In this document: one piece after another, positions 47,820 to 57,310 of the stretch
How the letters are laid out: each line of letters starts with the position of its first letter
How positions within the stretch are numbered: position 1 is the stretch's first letter
Origin: Myxococcota bacterium
GTDB taxonomy: Bacteria; Myxococcota_A; UBA9160; SZUA-336
NCBI GenBank assembly: GCA_965247115.1
Contig: CBDFGR010000002.1
Span: forward strand, 608,001 to 672,000
Length of the DNA: 64,000 nucleotides
Direction: 5' to 3'
Program-made: the position numbers and the translations under genes
The notes under the pieces: model-generated
Seen by the model: the letters and a program-made list of their open reading frames with translations, nothing else
What the model was told of the DNA's origin: nothing
Database searches by the model: none

Positions 47820-48680
47820 ATGGCTAACCCCGGCATGAGGATAGGAGTCTCGCTTCCGGTCAGGGAGCTCAAGAACGACATGGCAGCGGTGCGCGAGTTC
47901 GCGCAGGCCGCGGAGGAGCTCGGGTTCACCCACTTGCGGGTCCCGGACCAGGTAGCGCGCCCGAAGAGCGGGCATCTGCACGAGCCGCTGACGCTGCTCA
48001 GCTATGTCGCCGCCCTGACGTCGCGCATCGAGCTGGTCCCGTCTGTGATCGTCCTGCCGGTGCGCCAGACGGTGCTCGTCGCCAAACAGGCTGCCGAGAT
48101 CGACGTCTTGAGCGGTGGTCGGCTGCGTCTCGGGGTCGGCGTGGGCGGGAGCCGGGAGGAGTACGTCGCGCTTGGCCAGGACTTTCACACGCGCGGGCAG
48201 CGCTGCGAGGAGCAGATGGGGCTGCTGAAGCTCCTGTGGACCCAGGACATGGTCTACTTCCGGGGACGCTGGGACCGGGTCGCGAGCATGGGCCTCGACC
48301 CCCTGCCCGTGCAACGCCCCATCCCCATCTGGATCGGCGCGAGCTCGGCCACGCTGCTGGCACCTTCTGGGCCAGTCCTGCGACGGATCGCACGCCAGGC
48401 GGATGGCTGGTTCGCGATCATCCCCCCTGGAGACGTCCCGAGGGTGCGCGACAACCTGCGGCGCTACGCGGAGAGTGCCGGTCGAGATCCCTCGGAGATC
48501 GGTACGGAAGGCGGGGTCGGGGTCTGCGGTAGGACGCCACAGGAATGGATGCAGATCGTCAACGACTGGCAGGACGCCGGCGCGACACACGTGTGCATGC
48601 GGACGCTCGGTGGCGGCCTCGACGCCGCAGGGCACATCGACGCCCTTCGCACGACGCGGAAGGTCTTGGACGGCGCGTAG
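47820..48680 (+). CDS. LLM-class (probable F420-dependent) oxidoreductase
   Basis: AEELGF, HEPLTLLSY, VAKQAAEIDVLSGGRLRLGVGVG, PLPVQRPIPIWIG. Confidence 0.85.
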   Translation: MANPGMRIGVSLPVRELKNDMAAVREFAQAAEELGFTHLRVPDQVARPKSGHLHEPLTLLSYVAALTSRIELVPSVIVLPVRQTVLVAKQAAEIDVLSGGRLRLGVGVGGSREEYVALGQDFHTRGQRCEEQMGLLKLLWTQDMVYFRGRWDRVASMGLDPLPVQRPIPIWIGASSATLLAPSGPVLRRIARQADGWFAIIPPGDVPRVRDNLRRYAESAGRDPSEIGTEGGVGVCGRTPQEWMQIVNDWQDAGATHVCMRTLGGGLDAAGHIDALRTTRKVLDGA

Positions 48681-48692
48681 AAAAGTCGACGC

Positions 48693-48932
48693 TCAGGCGT
48701 CCCGAGACCCGCCACCGACTGGGGGCAACACGGTGAGCTCGTCGCCCGCTTTCAGCGGCAGCGAGAAGTCTCGTTCGATATTGCCGTTGAGGGAGACCGC
48801 GTTGATGCGTTTGGTCGGGAGCTCGAGGACGGTGAGGCTGTCCTTGATGGTGGAGCCCTCGTCAAGGTCGAGGGTGCCGCCTTCGGGCATCAGCTTCTTG
48901 AGGACGCCCATCAGTTTGACCTGGATCTGCAC
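48693..48932 (-). CDS. MoaD/ThiS-family sulfur carrier
   Basis: VSLNG, LKAGDELTVLPPVGGG followed by an SRDA extension. Confidence 0.85.
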   Translation of the reverse strand: MQIQVKLMGVLKKLMPEGGTLDLDEGSTIKDSLTVLELPTKRINAVSLNGNIERDFSLPLKAGDELTVLPPVGGGSRDA

Positions 48933-48934
48933 CT

Positions 48935-50323
48935 CTACGTCGGCTTGGTGCTCACGAAGACGGAGTGGCTGGGGCCGGCCTGCGGGCTCACCTTGGAGTC
49001 GCCGTGGATGTACTGGCGGGTCTTGGATGGGCGACCGAGCAGGGTCTGGCCGGCGAGCTTTGAGGCCACCTCGTTCGCGATGTAGGCGCGGCGGATGTCG
49101 AAGGGGTTCTCTCGGAGGAAGTCCTTCCAGGGACCGAAGTTCGTTCGCGTCTGCATCAGGCCCTTGACCATCCCCAGGTCGGTCAGCATGCCCACGTCCT
49201 GGGCCCTGCCGACGAACATCGCTCCCGTGAGCTCATCGCCGGTCCACATGAGCTTCCGGTAGATCCGCGAATCGGGATTCTCCATCGTCATCTCTTCGGC
49301 GCTCGCGTCCAACCAGTTGCCATAACTCGCGCACTGGAGACCGCAAACATCCAGGATGTTCATCAGCAGGCTGCCAGAGTAGCTCACGTCCTGGCCTGCC
49401 ATGTTCGCGCCGGCGACCCGACCGTGATCCACGGCTGTTGGCTGGATCGCGTGGATCTCTGAATCGCTGCTGTAGTAGACGGGGCCGCGGGCCACGTCTC
49501 CTGCCGCATAGATGTCGGGGAAGTTGGTCTGCAGTCGGTCGTTCACCGCGATGCCGTCGGCAGAGGCCTCGATGCCCGCGTTGACGGCCAGCTCGACGTT
49601 GGGCTTGACGCCGGTGGCCACGATCACGAGATCCGCTTCGATGGTCGCACCGTTCTCGAGCTCCACGAGCTTTGCATCACCCTGCGAGCGGATGTTCGTC
49701 ACGGTGGTGCCGCAGTGCACCTCCGCGCCCTTGCTCCCGAGCCAGTCCGAAACGATCGCCGCGGCCCTTGCATCGAGCATGCGCGGCAGGATCTGGGCCT
49801 CCCGCTCCACGACGGATATGGACCAGCCCCGCTTGTACATGGCGTTGAGCATGATGAAGCCGATGAAGCCCGAGCCGATCATGACCACGCGCGGCTGGCG
49901 ATCGCCGGCGACATCGAGTGCGCCCTGCGTGTCGGCCAGAGTCCACAGGGACTGGACTCCCGGGAGATCAACGCCGGGAACGGGTAGATCCAGAGGCGCG
50001 GAGCCAGTCGCGATCAGGAGCTTGTCGAAGCGCAGATCGCTCCCGTCGTCGAGCTTCAGCTCCTTCCCGTTGGCGTCGATCTCGGTCACGCGTGCGCCAA
50101 TGCGCGACTCCACACCGAGCTTGCTGTAGTACGCACCATCCGCGATCAGCGTGTGATCACGGCCGACGTCGCCCGATAGCCAGTACGGGAGCGCCATGCG
50201 AGCATGGGCGGGCTCGTCGCCGATCAGGGTGATTTGCGAGTCGCCGGTACCGACTTGTCGAATGGTCTCGATCGCGTTGATGCCGGCCGGGCCCCCGCCG
50301 ATGATGACGTGATGAGTCGGCAT
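48935..50323 (-). CDS. FAD/NAD-dependent oxidoreductase (AorC-like)
   Basis: IGGGPAG, LLIATGS, IGSGFIG, ATGVKPN, IYAAGD. Operonic with AOR. Confidence 0.88.
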   Translation of the reverse strand: MPTHHVIIGGGPAGINAIETIRQVGTGDSQITLIGDEPAHARMALPYWLSGDVGRDHTLIADGAYYSKLGVESRIGARVTEIDANGKELKLDDGSDLRFDKLLIATGSAPLDLPVPGVDLPGVQSLWTLADTQGALDVAGDRQPRVVMIGSGFIGFIMLNAMYKRGWSISVVEREAQILPRMLDARAAAIVSDWLGSKGAEVHCGTTVTNIRSQGDAKLVELENGATIEADLVIVATGVKPNVELAVNAGIEASADGIAVNDRLQTNFPDIYAAGDVARGPVYYSSDSEIHAIQPTAVDHGRVAGANMAGQDVSYSGSLLMNILDVCGLQCASYGNWLDASAEEMTMENPDSRIYRKLMWTGDELTGAMFVGRAQDVGMLTDLGMVKGLMQTRTNFGPWKDFLRENPFDIRRAYIANEVASKLAGQTLLGRPSKTRQYIHGDSKVSPQAGPSHSVFVSTKPT

Positions 50324-50327
50324 GACG

Positions 50328-52166
50328 TTACCCCAGAGACGACAGGCCGAGCTCGGCCAGCTTGTCCTGCGACGGCACGCCTTCTTCGTCCCAGCCCCGC
50401 GTCCGATAGTAGTCGGTGAGCATGGCGTCCAGGTTCACGGTCACACCCGCCGACGGACCTTCCGTGAAGGGCTCCTCCTGATACCGCTTGGGGATGGAGT
50501 CGTCCGCCTTCGTGAGGCCGGCTCTCAGATTCCAGAGCTTCTCCAGATTCCACGTTCGCTCCCCGACCTTGACGAAGTCGTCCGGTGTGAAGGGCACGCC
50601 GGTCGCGGCCGCCGTCAGCACGGCCATCTCCTCGAGCGGCGCACCCGTACCGGCGGCAAACGAGCACAGTCCCGTATTGTCGTAGACGGTGGTTCGGTCC
50701 TGCTCGTTTGCCACCCACTCGCCTTTGCCCTCCGGAGTGTGAGGGTCGTACTCGCCGGAGGTCTCGATCCCCGGAGTCCAGGCGCGCAGGTGGCAGCCGC
50801 CCCGGTTGCAGGTCGCGTAGGCGACGCCCATGCCCTGGAACCCGCGCGCATCGTACGCGGGGTATTCCTGGCCCTTCGAGCCGATGAACACCTCGGGATG
50901 ATCCAGCTTCTCCCCCATGCGCTTGGAGCCCTCTGCAATTTCGTCGCCAAAACCTTCTCGGTACGCAGTTGCCTCGATCATGCGAATCAGGGCCTTGCCT
51001 GAACCCCACTTCAGCGGGATCTCGACCTGATCGTCGCCGATGACACCGCGCTCGTAGAGCTCCATGGCGGCGGCCAGCGACGCGCCCATCGAGATCGGAT
51101 CCATGCCGAGATCGTTGCACAGCCAGTTGGCCATCAAGACGGCATCCAGATCCCCGACGCCGCAGTCGGCTCCTAACCCCCACGCAGCCTCGTACTCGGG
51201 GCCCTCACCGGCTCCCTTCCAGTTGCGCGGGTGCATGTTGACCATGTACTGGTCGGCTTCGTCGCCCAGACGGCAGACGCGGCCACACGCGATGGTGCAG
51301 GCGAAGCACGCCTTGTTCGTCACCAGGCGGTTCTCGACGATCGCGTTGCCGTTCAGGTTCTCCGCCTCCTCGAACTGGCCCTCCGTTGCGTTGCGGGTGG
51401 GCAGCCCACCGAAAGAGTTCGTGAGGTCGATCGTCGACGCGGTTCCCATCTCCGTGAACCCGGCGCGAGCTTCGCTGCCCGCCATCTCCGCGCGGACCTC
51501 CCAGAGCTTGCGCAGGAACGGCTCCGGGTCGGAGAGCTCGACCGCCCCCGTTCCCCGCACCGCGATGGCCTTGAGATTCTTGGAGCCCATCACGGCGCCC
51601 ACGCCGCTGCGACCGGCCGCACGGTGCTTGTCGTTAATGATGCAGGCGAAGCGGACGAGCTTTTCTCCGGCTGGTCCGATGCACGAGACCCGAAGCTGCG
51701 GGATCCCGAGCTGCTGGCGCAGGCCATCCTCCGTCTCGAAGACGCCCTTGCCCCAGAACTCGCTTGCGTCTCGCACCTCCACCTGGTCGTCGTAGATGTA
51801 GAGGTAGCTCGGCTTCGGAGCCGCACCTTCCAAGATCAGCAAGTCGTAGCCCGCGAACTTGAGCTCAGGTCCCCAGTGACCGCCCGAGTTCGAGGTCGTG
51901 ATCGCGTTCGTGAGCGCTCCCTTGGTCACCACCATGTAGCGCGCTCCGCAGGGAGCGGAGGTGCCCGTGAGGGGACCCGTCACGAAGAGGAGCTTGTTCT
52001 CGGGGGAGAGCGGATCGACGGTCGGGTCCATCTCCTCGAACAGGTAGCGATCCCCGAGGCCGCGACCTCCCACGTACTCCTCTTGCCACTGCCGCGGGAT
52101 GTCCTCGGTCTGGATCGAGCCGTCCGTCAGGTTCACGCGCAAGGCTTTGCCGGTCCAACCTCCCAT
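50328..52166 (-). CDS. aor: Tungsten-dependent aldehyde ferredoxin oxidoreductase family catalytic subunit (AorB-like)
   Basis: GPLTGT, SGGHWGPELK, RAAGRSGVGAVMGSKNLKAI, CFACTIAC, GPEYE, NDLGMD, RGGCHL, YYRTRGWD. Confidence 0.93.
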   Translation of the reverse strand: MGGWTGKALRVNLTDGSIQTEDIPRQWQEEYVGGRGLGDRYLFEEMDPTVDPLSPENKLLFVTGPLTGTSAPCGARYMVVTKGALTNAITTSNSGGHWGPELKFAGYDLLILEGAAPKPSYLYIYDDQVEVRDASEFWGKGVFETEDGLRQQLGIPQLRVSCIGPAGEKLVRFACIINDKHRAAGRSGVGAVMGSKNLKAIAVRGTGAVELSDPEPFLRKLWEVRAEMAGSEARAGFTEMGTASTIDLTNSFGGLPTRNATEGQFEEAENLNGNAIVENRLVTNKACFACTIACGRVCRLGDEADQYMVNMHPRNWKGAGEGPEYEAAWGLGADCGVGDLDAVLMANWLCNDLGMDPISMGASLAAAMELYERGVIGDDQVEIPLKWGSGKALIRMIEATAYREGFGDEIAEGSKRMGEKLDHPEVFIGSKGQEYPAYDARGFQGMGVAYATCNRGGCHLRAWTPGIETSGEYDPHTPEGKGEWVANEQDRTTVYDNTGLCSFAAGTGAPLEEMAVLTAAATGVPFTPDDFVKVGERTWNLEKLWNLRAGLTKADDSIPKRYQEEPFTEGPSAGVTVNLDAMLTDYYRTRGWDEEGVPSQDKLAELGLSSLG

Positions 52167-52654
52167 CACTTGTCTCCTTTTGCGGCATTGCGGTAGTTCG
52201 TGTCCACGTCCTGGGCCCACGGCCCGAACCAGGCGCCCGTCTCGTCCTGATCCGTGAACTTGATTGCATCCGTCGGACAGGTCTTGACACAGGCCGGGTC
52301 GCCACCACACAGGTTGCACTTCGATGCCTTGCCGGTGTGCGGAAGTGTGTACACCGTTCCGAACGGGCAGGCGAGCGTGCAGAGATGGCAGCCGACGCAC
52401 ACCTCGTCCATCACGATCTTGGCCTGCGTCTCCGGCTCGACCGCGATGGCGTTGACCGGACAGGCGTTCATGCACCAGGCCTCGTCGCACTGGACGCAGG
52501 TGTAGGGCGCGTAGCTCGCCTCCTCGTCGAACACGTTGACGCGGATCAGGCTGTTCGACGGCTGAAAGGTGCCCGTCTGCACGAAGGCGCAGGCGAGCTC
52601 GCACTGCATGCAGCCGGTGCAGAGCTGGGGGACGATCTCCAGAGCCTTGGCCAT
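52166..52654 (-). CDS. 4Fe-4S polyferredoxin subunit (AorA-like)
   Basis: CTGCMQCELAC, CVQC..AWCMNACP, CVGCHLCTLACP, CNLC...ACVKTCP. Confidence 0.93.
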   Translation of the reverse strand: MAKALEIVPQLCTGCMQCELACAFVQTGTFQPSNSLIRVNVFDEEASYAPYTCVQCDEAWCMNACPVNAIAVEPETQAKIVMDEVCVGCHLCTLACPFGTVYTLPHTGKASKCNLCGGDPACVKTCPTDAIKFTDQDETGAWFGPWAQDVDTNYRNAAKGDK

Positions 52655-52840
52655 CTCAACCTCCTCGACGGTTCTTCATATCATGGAGCATGGGGCGAAT
52701 TTCGTGAACTCTTTTCGATGCGGCCGGTTGGCCGCTGGACAGAGACGATAATACGACGGAATCGGGCCCCTGGCGACCCGGGCCCGCCGAGGCGAGAGCC
52801 TGGTATGCTGGCCCGAACACAATCCTGAGGAGGTCCCCCC

Positions 52841-53926
52841 GTGAAGGCAGCCATTCTGGAGGAGGCGAACAAGCCACTCTCGATCGAAGATGTCGACATC
52901 ATCGATCCGCGCCCCAACGAGGTGCTGGTCCGAACCGTCTGCAGCGGCGTCTGTCACTCCGACCTGCACTTTGTGGACGGGCTCTGGAGCCTCCCGCTGC
53001 CGACCGTGCTCGGACACGAGGCAGCGGGAATCGTCGAGAAGGTGGGCGACCAGATCAGCTACGTGAAGCCCGGCGACCGGGTCATCATGTCGTTCCGGCC
53101 GTTCTGCGGCTCGTGCTACTACTGCCTGTCGGGTCGGCCGAACCTGTGCAGCGACCAGACTCACAACGCGCTGGCGGCCTCGCGTCTGTCGCGCGGCGGC
53201 AAGCCAGTGCTGCAGTTCGCGAGCGTGGGTTCCTTCGCGGAGTACATGATCACCACCGAGAACGGCGTCGTGAAGATCCCGGAAGACATGCCCATGGCCG
53301 AGGCGGCCCTCATCGGCTGCGGCGTGATGACGGGCGTGGGTGCGGCGCTCTACACGGCGAAAGTGCCCGGCGGGGCCAGCGTGGCCGTGATCGGCTGCGG
53401 CGGCATCGGGCTCAACATCATCCAGGGCTGTCGGCTGGCTGGCGCGGGCCAGATCATCGCGATCGACGTTGTCCCGTCGAAGCTCGAGCTGGCGACCCGC
53501 TTTGGAGCGACCCACACGCTCGACGCGAACGATGTCGACTTGCGCGCAGCGGTCCGCGAGCTCTCCGATGGAGCGGGGGTCGAGTACGCCTTCGAGGCCA
53601 TCGGCAGCACCGACTGCGCGCGCCAGGCGTTCGACATCACGCGGGCGGGCGGAACGGCCGTCATCGTGGGCATGATGCCGCAGGGCTCGGAGATCAAGGT
53701 GCCGGGCCCCGCCTTCTTGCAGGAGAAGAAGATGATCGGCTGCATGTACGGCAGCACGCGCTTCCGCGAGCACATGCCCAAGCTGATCTCGCTCTTCCTG
53801 CAGGGCAAGCTCGACCTCTCGAGCCTCGTCAGCAGACGACTCGAGCTCGGTGGCGTGAACGAGGCGTTCCGCGCCATGAAAGCAGGCGAGGTCGCCCGCT
53901 CCGTCCTCGATATCAGCAGCGCTTAG
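52841..53926 (+). CDS. Zn-dependent alcohol dehydrogenase
   Basis: GVCHSD, GHE, CGSCYYC...C, GCGGIG. Its TAG stop abuts the IS end. Confidence 0.94.
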   Translation: MKAAILEEANKPLSIEDVDIIDPRPNEVLVRTVCSGVCHSDLHFVDGLWSLPLPTVLGHEAAGIVEKVGDQISYVKPGDRVIMSFRPFCGSCYYCLSGRPNLCSDQTHNALAASRLSRGGKPVLQFASVGSFAEYMITTENGVVKIPEDMPMAEAALIGCGVMTGVGAALYTAKVPGGASVAVIGCGGIGLNIIQGCRLAGAGQIIAIDVVPSKLELATRFGATHTLDANDVDLRAAVRELSDGAGVEYAFEAIGSTDCARQAFDITRAGGTAVIVGMMPQGSEIKVPGPAFLQEKKMIGCMYGSTRFREHMPKLISLFLQGKLDLSSLVSRRLELGGVNEAFRAMKAGEVARSVLDISSA

Positions 53927-55202
53927 CAGGCTGCGGAGAAAGTGACTGGTTGAGGGGTGGTCCTTCCGACGAGGGGGTTCACCGGCCGAGGGGCGGGGCG
54001 CGATTCCCGGTTCGAACCGGTCTTGGGCTCCGCTGATCGCGGGGCGGTTTCGCACATGACCTACGTGGCCTCCAGCAGCTTGCGGATCCGGATCAGGTTG
54101 TAGGCTGCGGCCGTGAAGGTGAAGACCCAGCCGACCCGATCCGTGCCGCGGTGTCGGGTCTTGCGCATCAGCCCCACGGTCTTCATCCAGCCGAAGACCT
54201 CTTCCACCCGTTTGCGAAAACGCTGACTCAGTTCGTAGCCCCGGTGGCGCGTCGTCCGCCCGTCGATCGCGCTGCGTCGATTCGTCGTGTTCTGCGCCAC
54301 GTGTGGGGTCACGCCCAACTCTCGAAGCTCTTCCACGAACCCCTTCGTGTCGAAGCCCTTGTCTCCGCCCAATGTCCTCCGACGCCCGCCTCCCAGACCT
54401 TCCACCATCTCGAGCGCCGCTTCGCGCTCCGCATATCCCGACGCCTGCGTGAGCTTCGCCGCGACCACCAAGCCGTTCCGGTTCTCCGTCACCACGTGTC
54501 CCTGGTACGCGAGTCGGGCGCCTTGGCCTCTCATACCGGCGAGTCGTGCGTCGGGATCCGTCGTCGACGCATGCGTCTGGTTGCTCCGCTTCTCGCCTCG
54601 GAAGTTCACCGTCGGGTTGCCCGGGTCATCGTCGTCTCTCCGTTCCTCGTCCTTCCGTACGAAGCTCTTCTGGCTCGCCCACGCCTCGATCAGCGTCCCG
54701 TCTACCGTGAAGTGCTCCAACGACACCCATCCCTCGGTCTCGGCCTGCTCCAGCACTGCGTCGAAGAAGTGCTCGGCAATCTCGCCCTTGAGCAGCCGGT
54801 CTCGGTTCTTCGTGAACACCGTGGCGCTGAACACCACCTCGTCAAGCTCCAGACCCACGAACCAGCGATACAGCAGGTTGTACTCCAGCTGCTCCACCAG
54901 CTGCCGCTCGCTCCGGATGGTGTAGAGCACCTGCAGCAGCAGGGCGCGCAGCAGCTGCTCCGGGGGCACGGACGGGCGCCCTACGCCTCTGGCGTAGATC
55001 GCGTCGAAGCGCGGCGATAGCCGCTGCAGCGCCGTGTCGACCATGCGCCGCATCGCTCGAAGCGGATGATCATCCGGAATCCGCGACTCCAGCGACACGT
55101 AGCTGAACATCCCGCCCTGAAGCGTCCCCTGTCCTCTCACGCCTCCCCCTTTGGGGCTCGCTCCCAAGGTACCCTTCGATGAGGAGTTTTTCAGCAGCCT
55201 GC
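53926..55202 (-). mobile_element. IS5-family insertion sequence
   Basis: Terminal IRs: gcaggctgcggagaaa at left; the right end reads gcaggctgctgaaaaa on the minus strand. Flanked by TA/(C/T)TAG. Exact ends are uncertain by 1 nt. Confidence 0.88.
54061..55140 (-). CDS. IS5-family DDE transposase
   Basis: GRPSVPPE, IRSERQL, TVDGTLIEA, TDPDARL, GGDKGFD, RKRVEEVFGWMK, AAYNL. Confidence 0.93.
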   Translation of the reverse strand: MRGQGTLQGGMFSYVSLESRIPDDHPLRAMRRMVDTALQRLSPRFDAIYARGVGRPSVPPEQLLRALLLQVLYTIRSERQLVEQLEYNLLYRWFVGLELDEVVFSATVFTKNRDRLLKGEIAEHFFDAVLEQAETEGWVSLEHFTVDGTLIEAWASQKSFVRKDEERRDDDDPGNPTVNFRGEKRSNQTHASTTDPDARLAGMRGQGARLAYQGHVVTENRNGLVVAAKLTQASGYAEREAALEMVEGLGGGRRRTLGGDKGFDTKGFVEELRELGVTPHVAQNTTNRRSAIDGRTTRHRGYELSQRFRKRVEEVFGWMKTVGLMRKTRHRGTDRVGWVFTFTAAAYNLIRIRKLLEAT

Positions 55203-56780
55203 TAGGCGCGTCCGCAACCGAGTGGCGGCACCCGGGCTGCTCCACAGCCAGATCACTCGCCGGCGGTATCCGAGCTCTTCCGGATGCGTCGATGCCACGA
55301 GCCAGGGGCGCGTGGAGCCGTGTTCGGAGGGCAGCTGCTCGAAGGGGATGAAGCCGCGCCAGTCATAGTATCGGGACCCACCGATCACGGGGAGGAGCGT
55401 GGTCTGTACCGCGCGAATCGGTAGCTTGCCCGCGACCTGCCTTCCGATCTGCTTCGCATCCGCGTAAAGGAAGGTAGCCACCGGACCGGGGTAGCGTTCG
55501 AGCGAGGCTCGAAAGCCGAGCCAGCTCCCGGAGTGCTGGAGCGAGAGGAGCGCTTCGATGCCGCTACGCGGACCGCTGCCGACCCAGCGCAGCGCCAGGG
55601 CGCGCGCATTCGGATTTCCGGGGAGCAGCGTTCCGAGCAGCGGCCCGTTCCGCGTCGTCAGGATCTCCACTACTTCGTCCGGTGCGCCGGCGACGCGGAT
55701 GGTTTCATGACGGCTCTCGGCCGCGAGCCAGCGGCCGTTCAGCTCGTAGCGCGGCGGCGCCTCGGGATGCAGGTTCTCCTTCACCAGCTCGGTGACACTC
55801 GCGTGTGTCGCTACCTGGCCCCACGCGATCGCCCGACTCGTGCCCGTCCAGAACACCGGGATCCCGGGCCAGGTCGCTCCGGACAGCTCGAGCTTCGGCG
55901 TGTCCAGGTGCGCAACGTACGAGAGCGGCGGAAGCCCGAGCTCCGCGTGGGAGTCGATTGCCAGCAGCGGAGCGCCCGTGGCGGACCGTGCCCCGCCGAC
56001 GACGAACCCAAGACTTCCCACCCGGCCTCGAAGACCGACGTTGCGCGCCAGCGCGTCCGCCGTCTTTCCGAGCTCGAGCATGGTGCCCAGGGTGTCGTGG
56101 GCGCCGTCGCTCTGACGAACCGGGAAGAAGTCGCTTGACGCGACGCCCCCGAACCTCTGCACGAGCTCGTCGAGTAAGAGGCTGGCGCCGAGCGAGCGAC
56201 TCAAGAGCCAGCCGCGCAGTCGCACGATCGCCAGCGTATCCTCCGGCTTCCACGGCTCGGGGTTGTGGCCTAGCCAGCGGAACTCTAGCGGTGCCCGGAC
56301 CCGACCCGCGTCGACCTCTGCAAGCCACCCGTTCACGCCGTTGCTGTAGGCACCCAGAACCTCGCGGACCTCCTGGCTCACGCCGAGCCACTCTCCGTTC
56401 GCGGCGACAGCGATCGCGAGCGTACGCGCGAGTCGGTCCGCATCGAGCGCGGACGGACCGAAGAGCTCCGAAAGGCGGCCCCGCGCCGACATGCGCAGCA
56501 GCTCCATCTGCCACAGTCGATCCTGTGCGTGCGAAAACCCGAGCCCGAGGTATGCGTCCAACGCTTGCTCTGCCTGGATGTGAGGAACCGCAACACGATC
56601 CCGGACGATCTCCACACGGTCGCTCAAGCCAGCTACGCTGAGCCGCCCCTGCGCAGGCGGGCTCCCGTCCCGTGTCGCGCGCACGAGAGCAGCGCCCAGG
56701 AGACCCAGTACGACAACGCAGCCCAGCCCCGCAGCGATCAGGAGTCCGCGTCGCGCTCGGAGTTCGTCCGCGAGACTCAC
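55191..56780 (-). pseudogene. Penicillin acylase (peptidase S45) family gene truncated by the IS
   Basis: VPHIQA, GFSHAQDRLWQMEL, GRLSELFG, GS..FVV...SATGAPLLA.D.H, TRNGP. The ORF terminates inside the IS inverted repeat at 529 aa. Confidence 0.8.
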
Positions 56781-57175
56781 GCCGCCGCGGGATCGGGCAT
56801 CTCGCCCTCGAGCACGACCTGGGCTATGGCGTGCGACCGAGTCAGCGAGGCACCGACGAGGACCCGCTGGAAACCCCGCCGCTTCGCGAACTCCAGCGCT
56901 CGCCCCGACAGGCGGAGCTCGAGCCCGTTCTCGGTTTCGAGCGTCTCGAAGTCTCGCCAGCCGACTCCGCGTCTCCAGCCTGTCCCGATCGCCTTCATTC
57001 CCGCTTCCTTGACCGCAAAGCGCAGTGCGAAGTGGGGCGTGGGGCGCCCGCGCTGCTGGCAGTCTCGCTGCTCGAGCGGCGTGAACAGGCGATCGCGCAG
57101 ACGCGCGCCTCGGCGGTCGAGGGCCAGCTGGAGTCGCGCGATCTCGAGCACGTCGATGCCTGAGCCCACAATCAC
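56777..57175 (-). CDS. acpS: Holo-ACP synthase
   Basis: GSGIDVLEI, LFTPLE, FAVKEAGMKAIGTG. Confidence 0.9.
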   Translation of the reverse strand: MIVGSGIDVLEIARLQLALDRRGARLRDRLFTPLEQRDCQQRGRPTPHFALRFAVKEAGMKAIGTGWRRGVGWRDFETLETENGLELRLSGRALEFAKRRGFQRVLVGASLTRSHAIAQVVLEGEMPDPAAA

Positions 57176-57259
57176 CGCTGTTTCACTCTAGCACAGGTCA
57201 CGTCCGACCGCGCACCGCCTCCCTCACCTAAACCATTGAATTCAGGGAGTTTCCGAGGT

Positions 57260-57288
57260 TTGACGGGGTCAGGGCACGTAGCTATGCT
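57260..57288 (+). promoter_or_regulatory. Probable sigma70 promoter of the gap operon
   Basis: TTGACG-17 nt-TATGCT, followed by GGAGG RBS and ATG 57311. Confidence 0.6.
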
Positions 57289-57310
57289 GCGCCCTCAGAG
57301 GGAGGCGCTC

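Noticed and set aside
50328..52604. 758-aa AOR with an N-terminal extension
   Set aside because: The extension overlaps the polyferredoxin gene in another frame. AOR similarity begins at MGGWTGK (52166).
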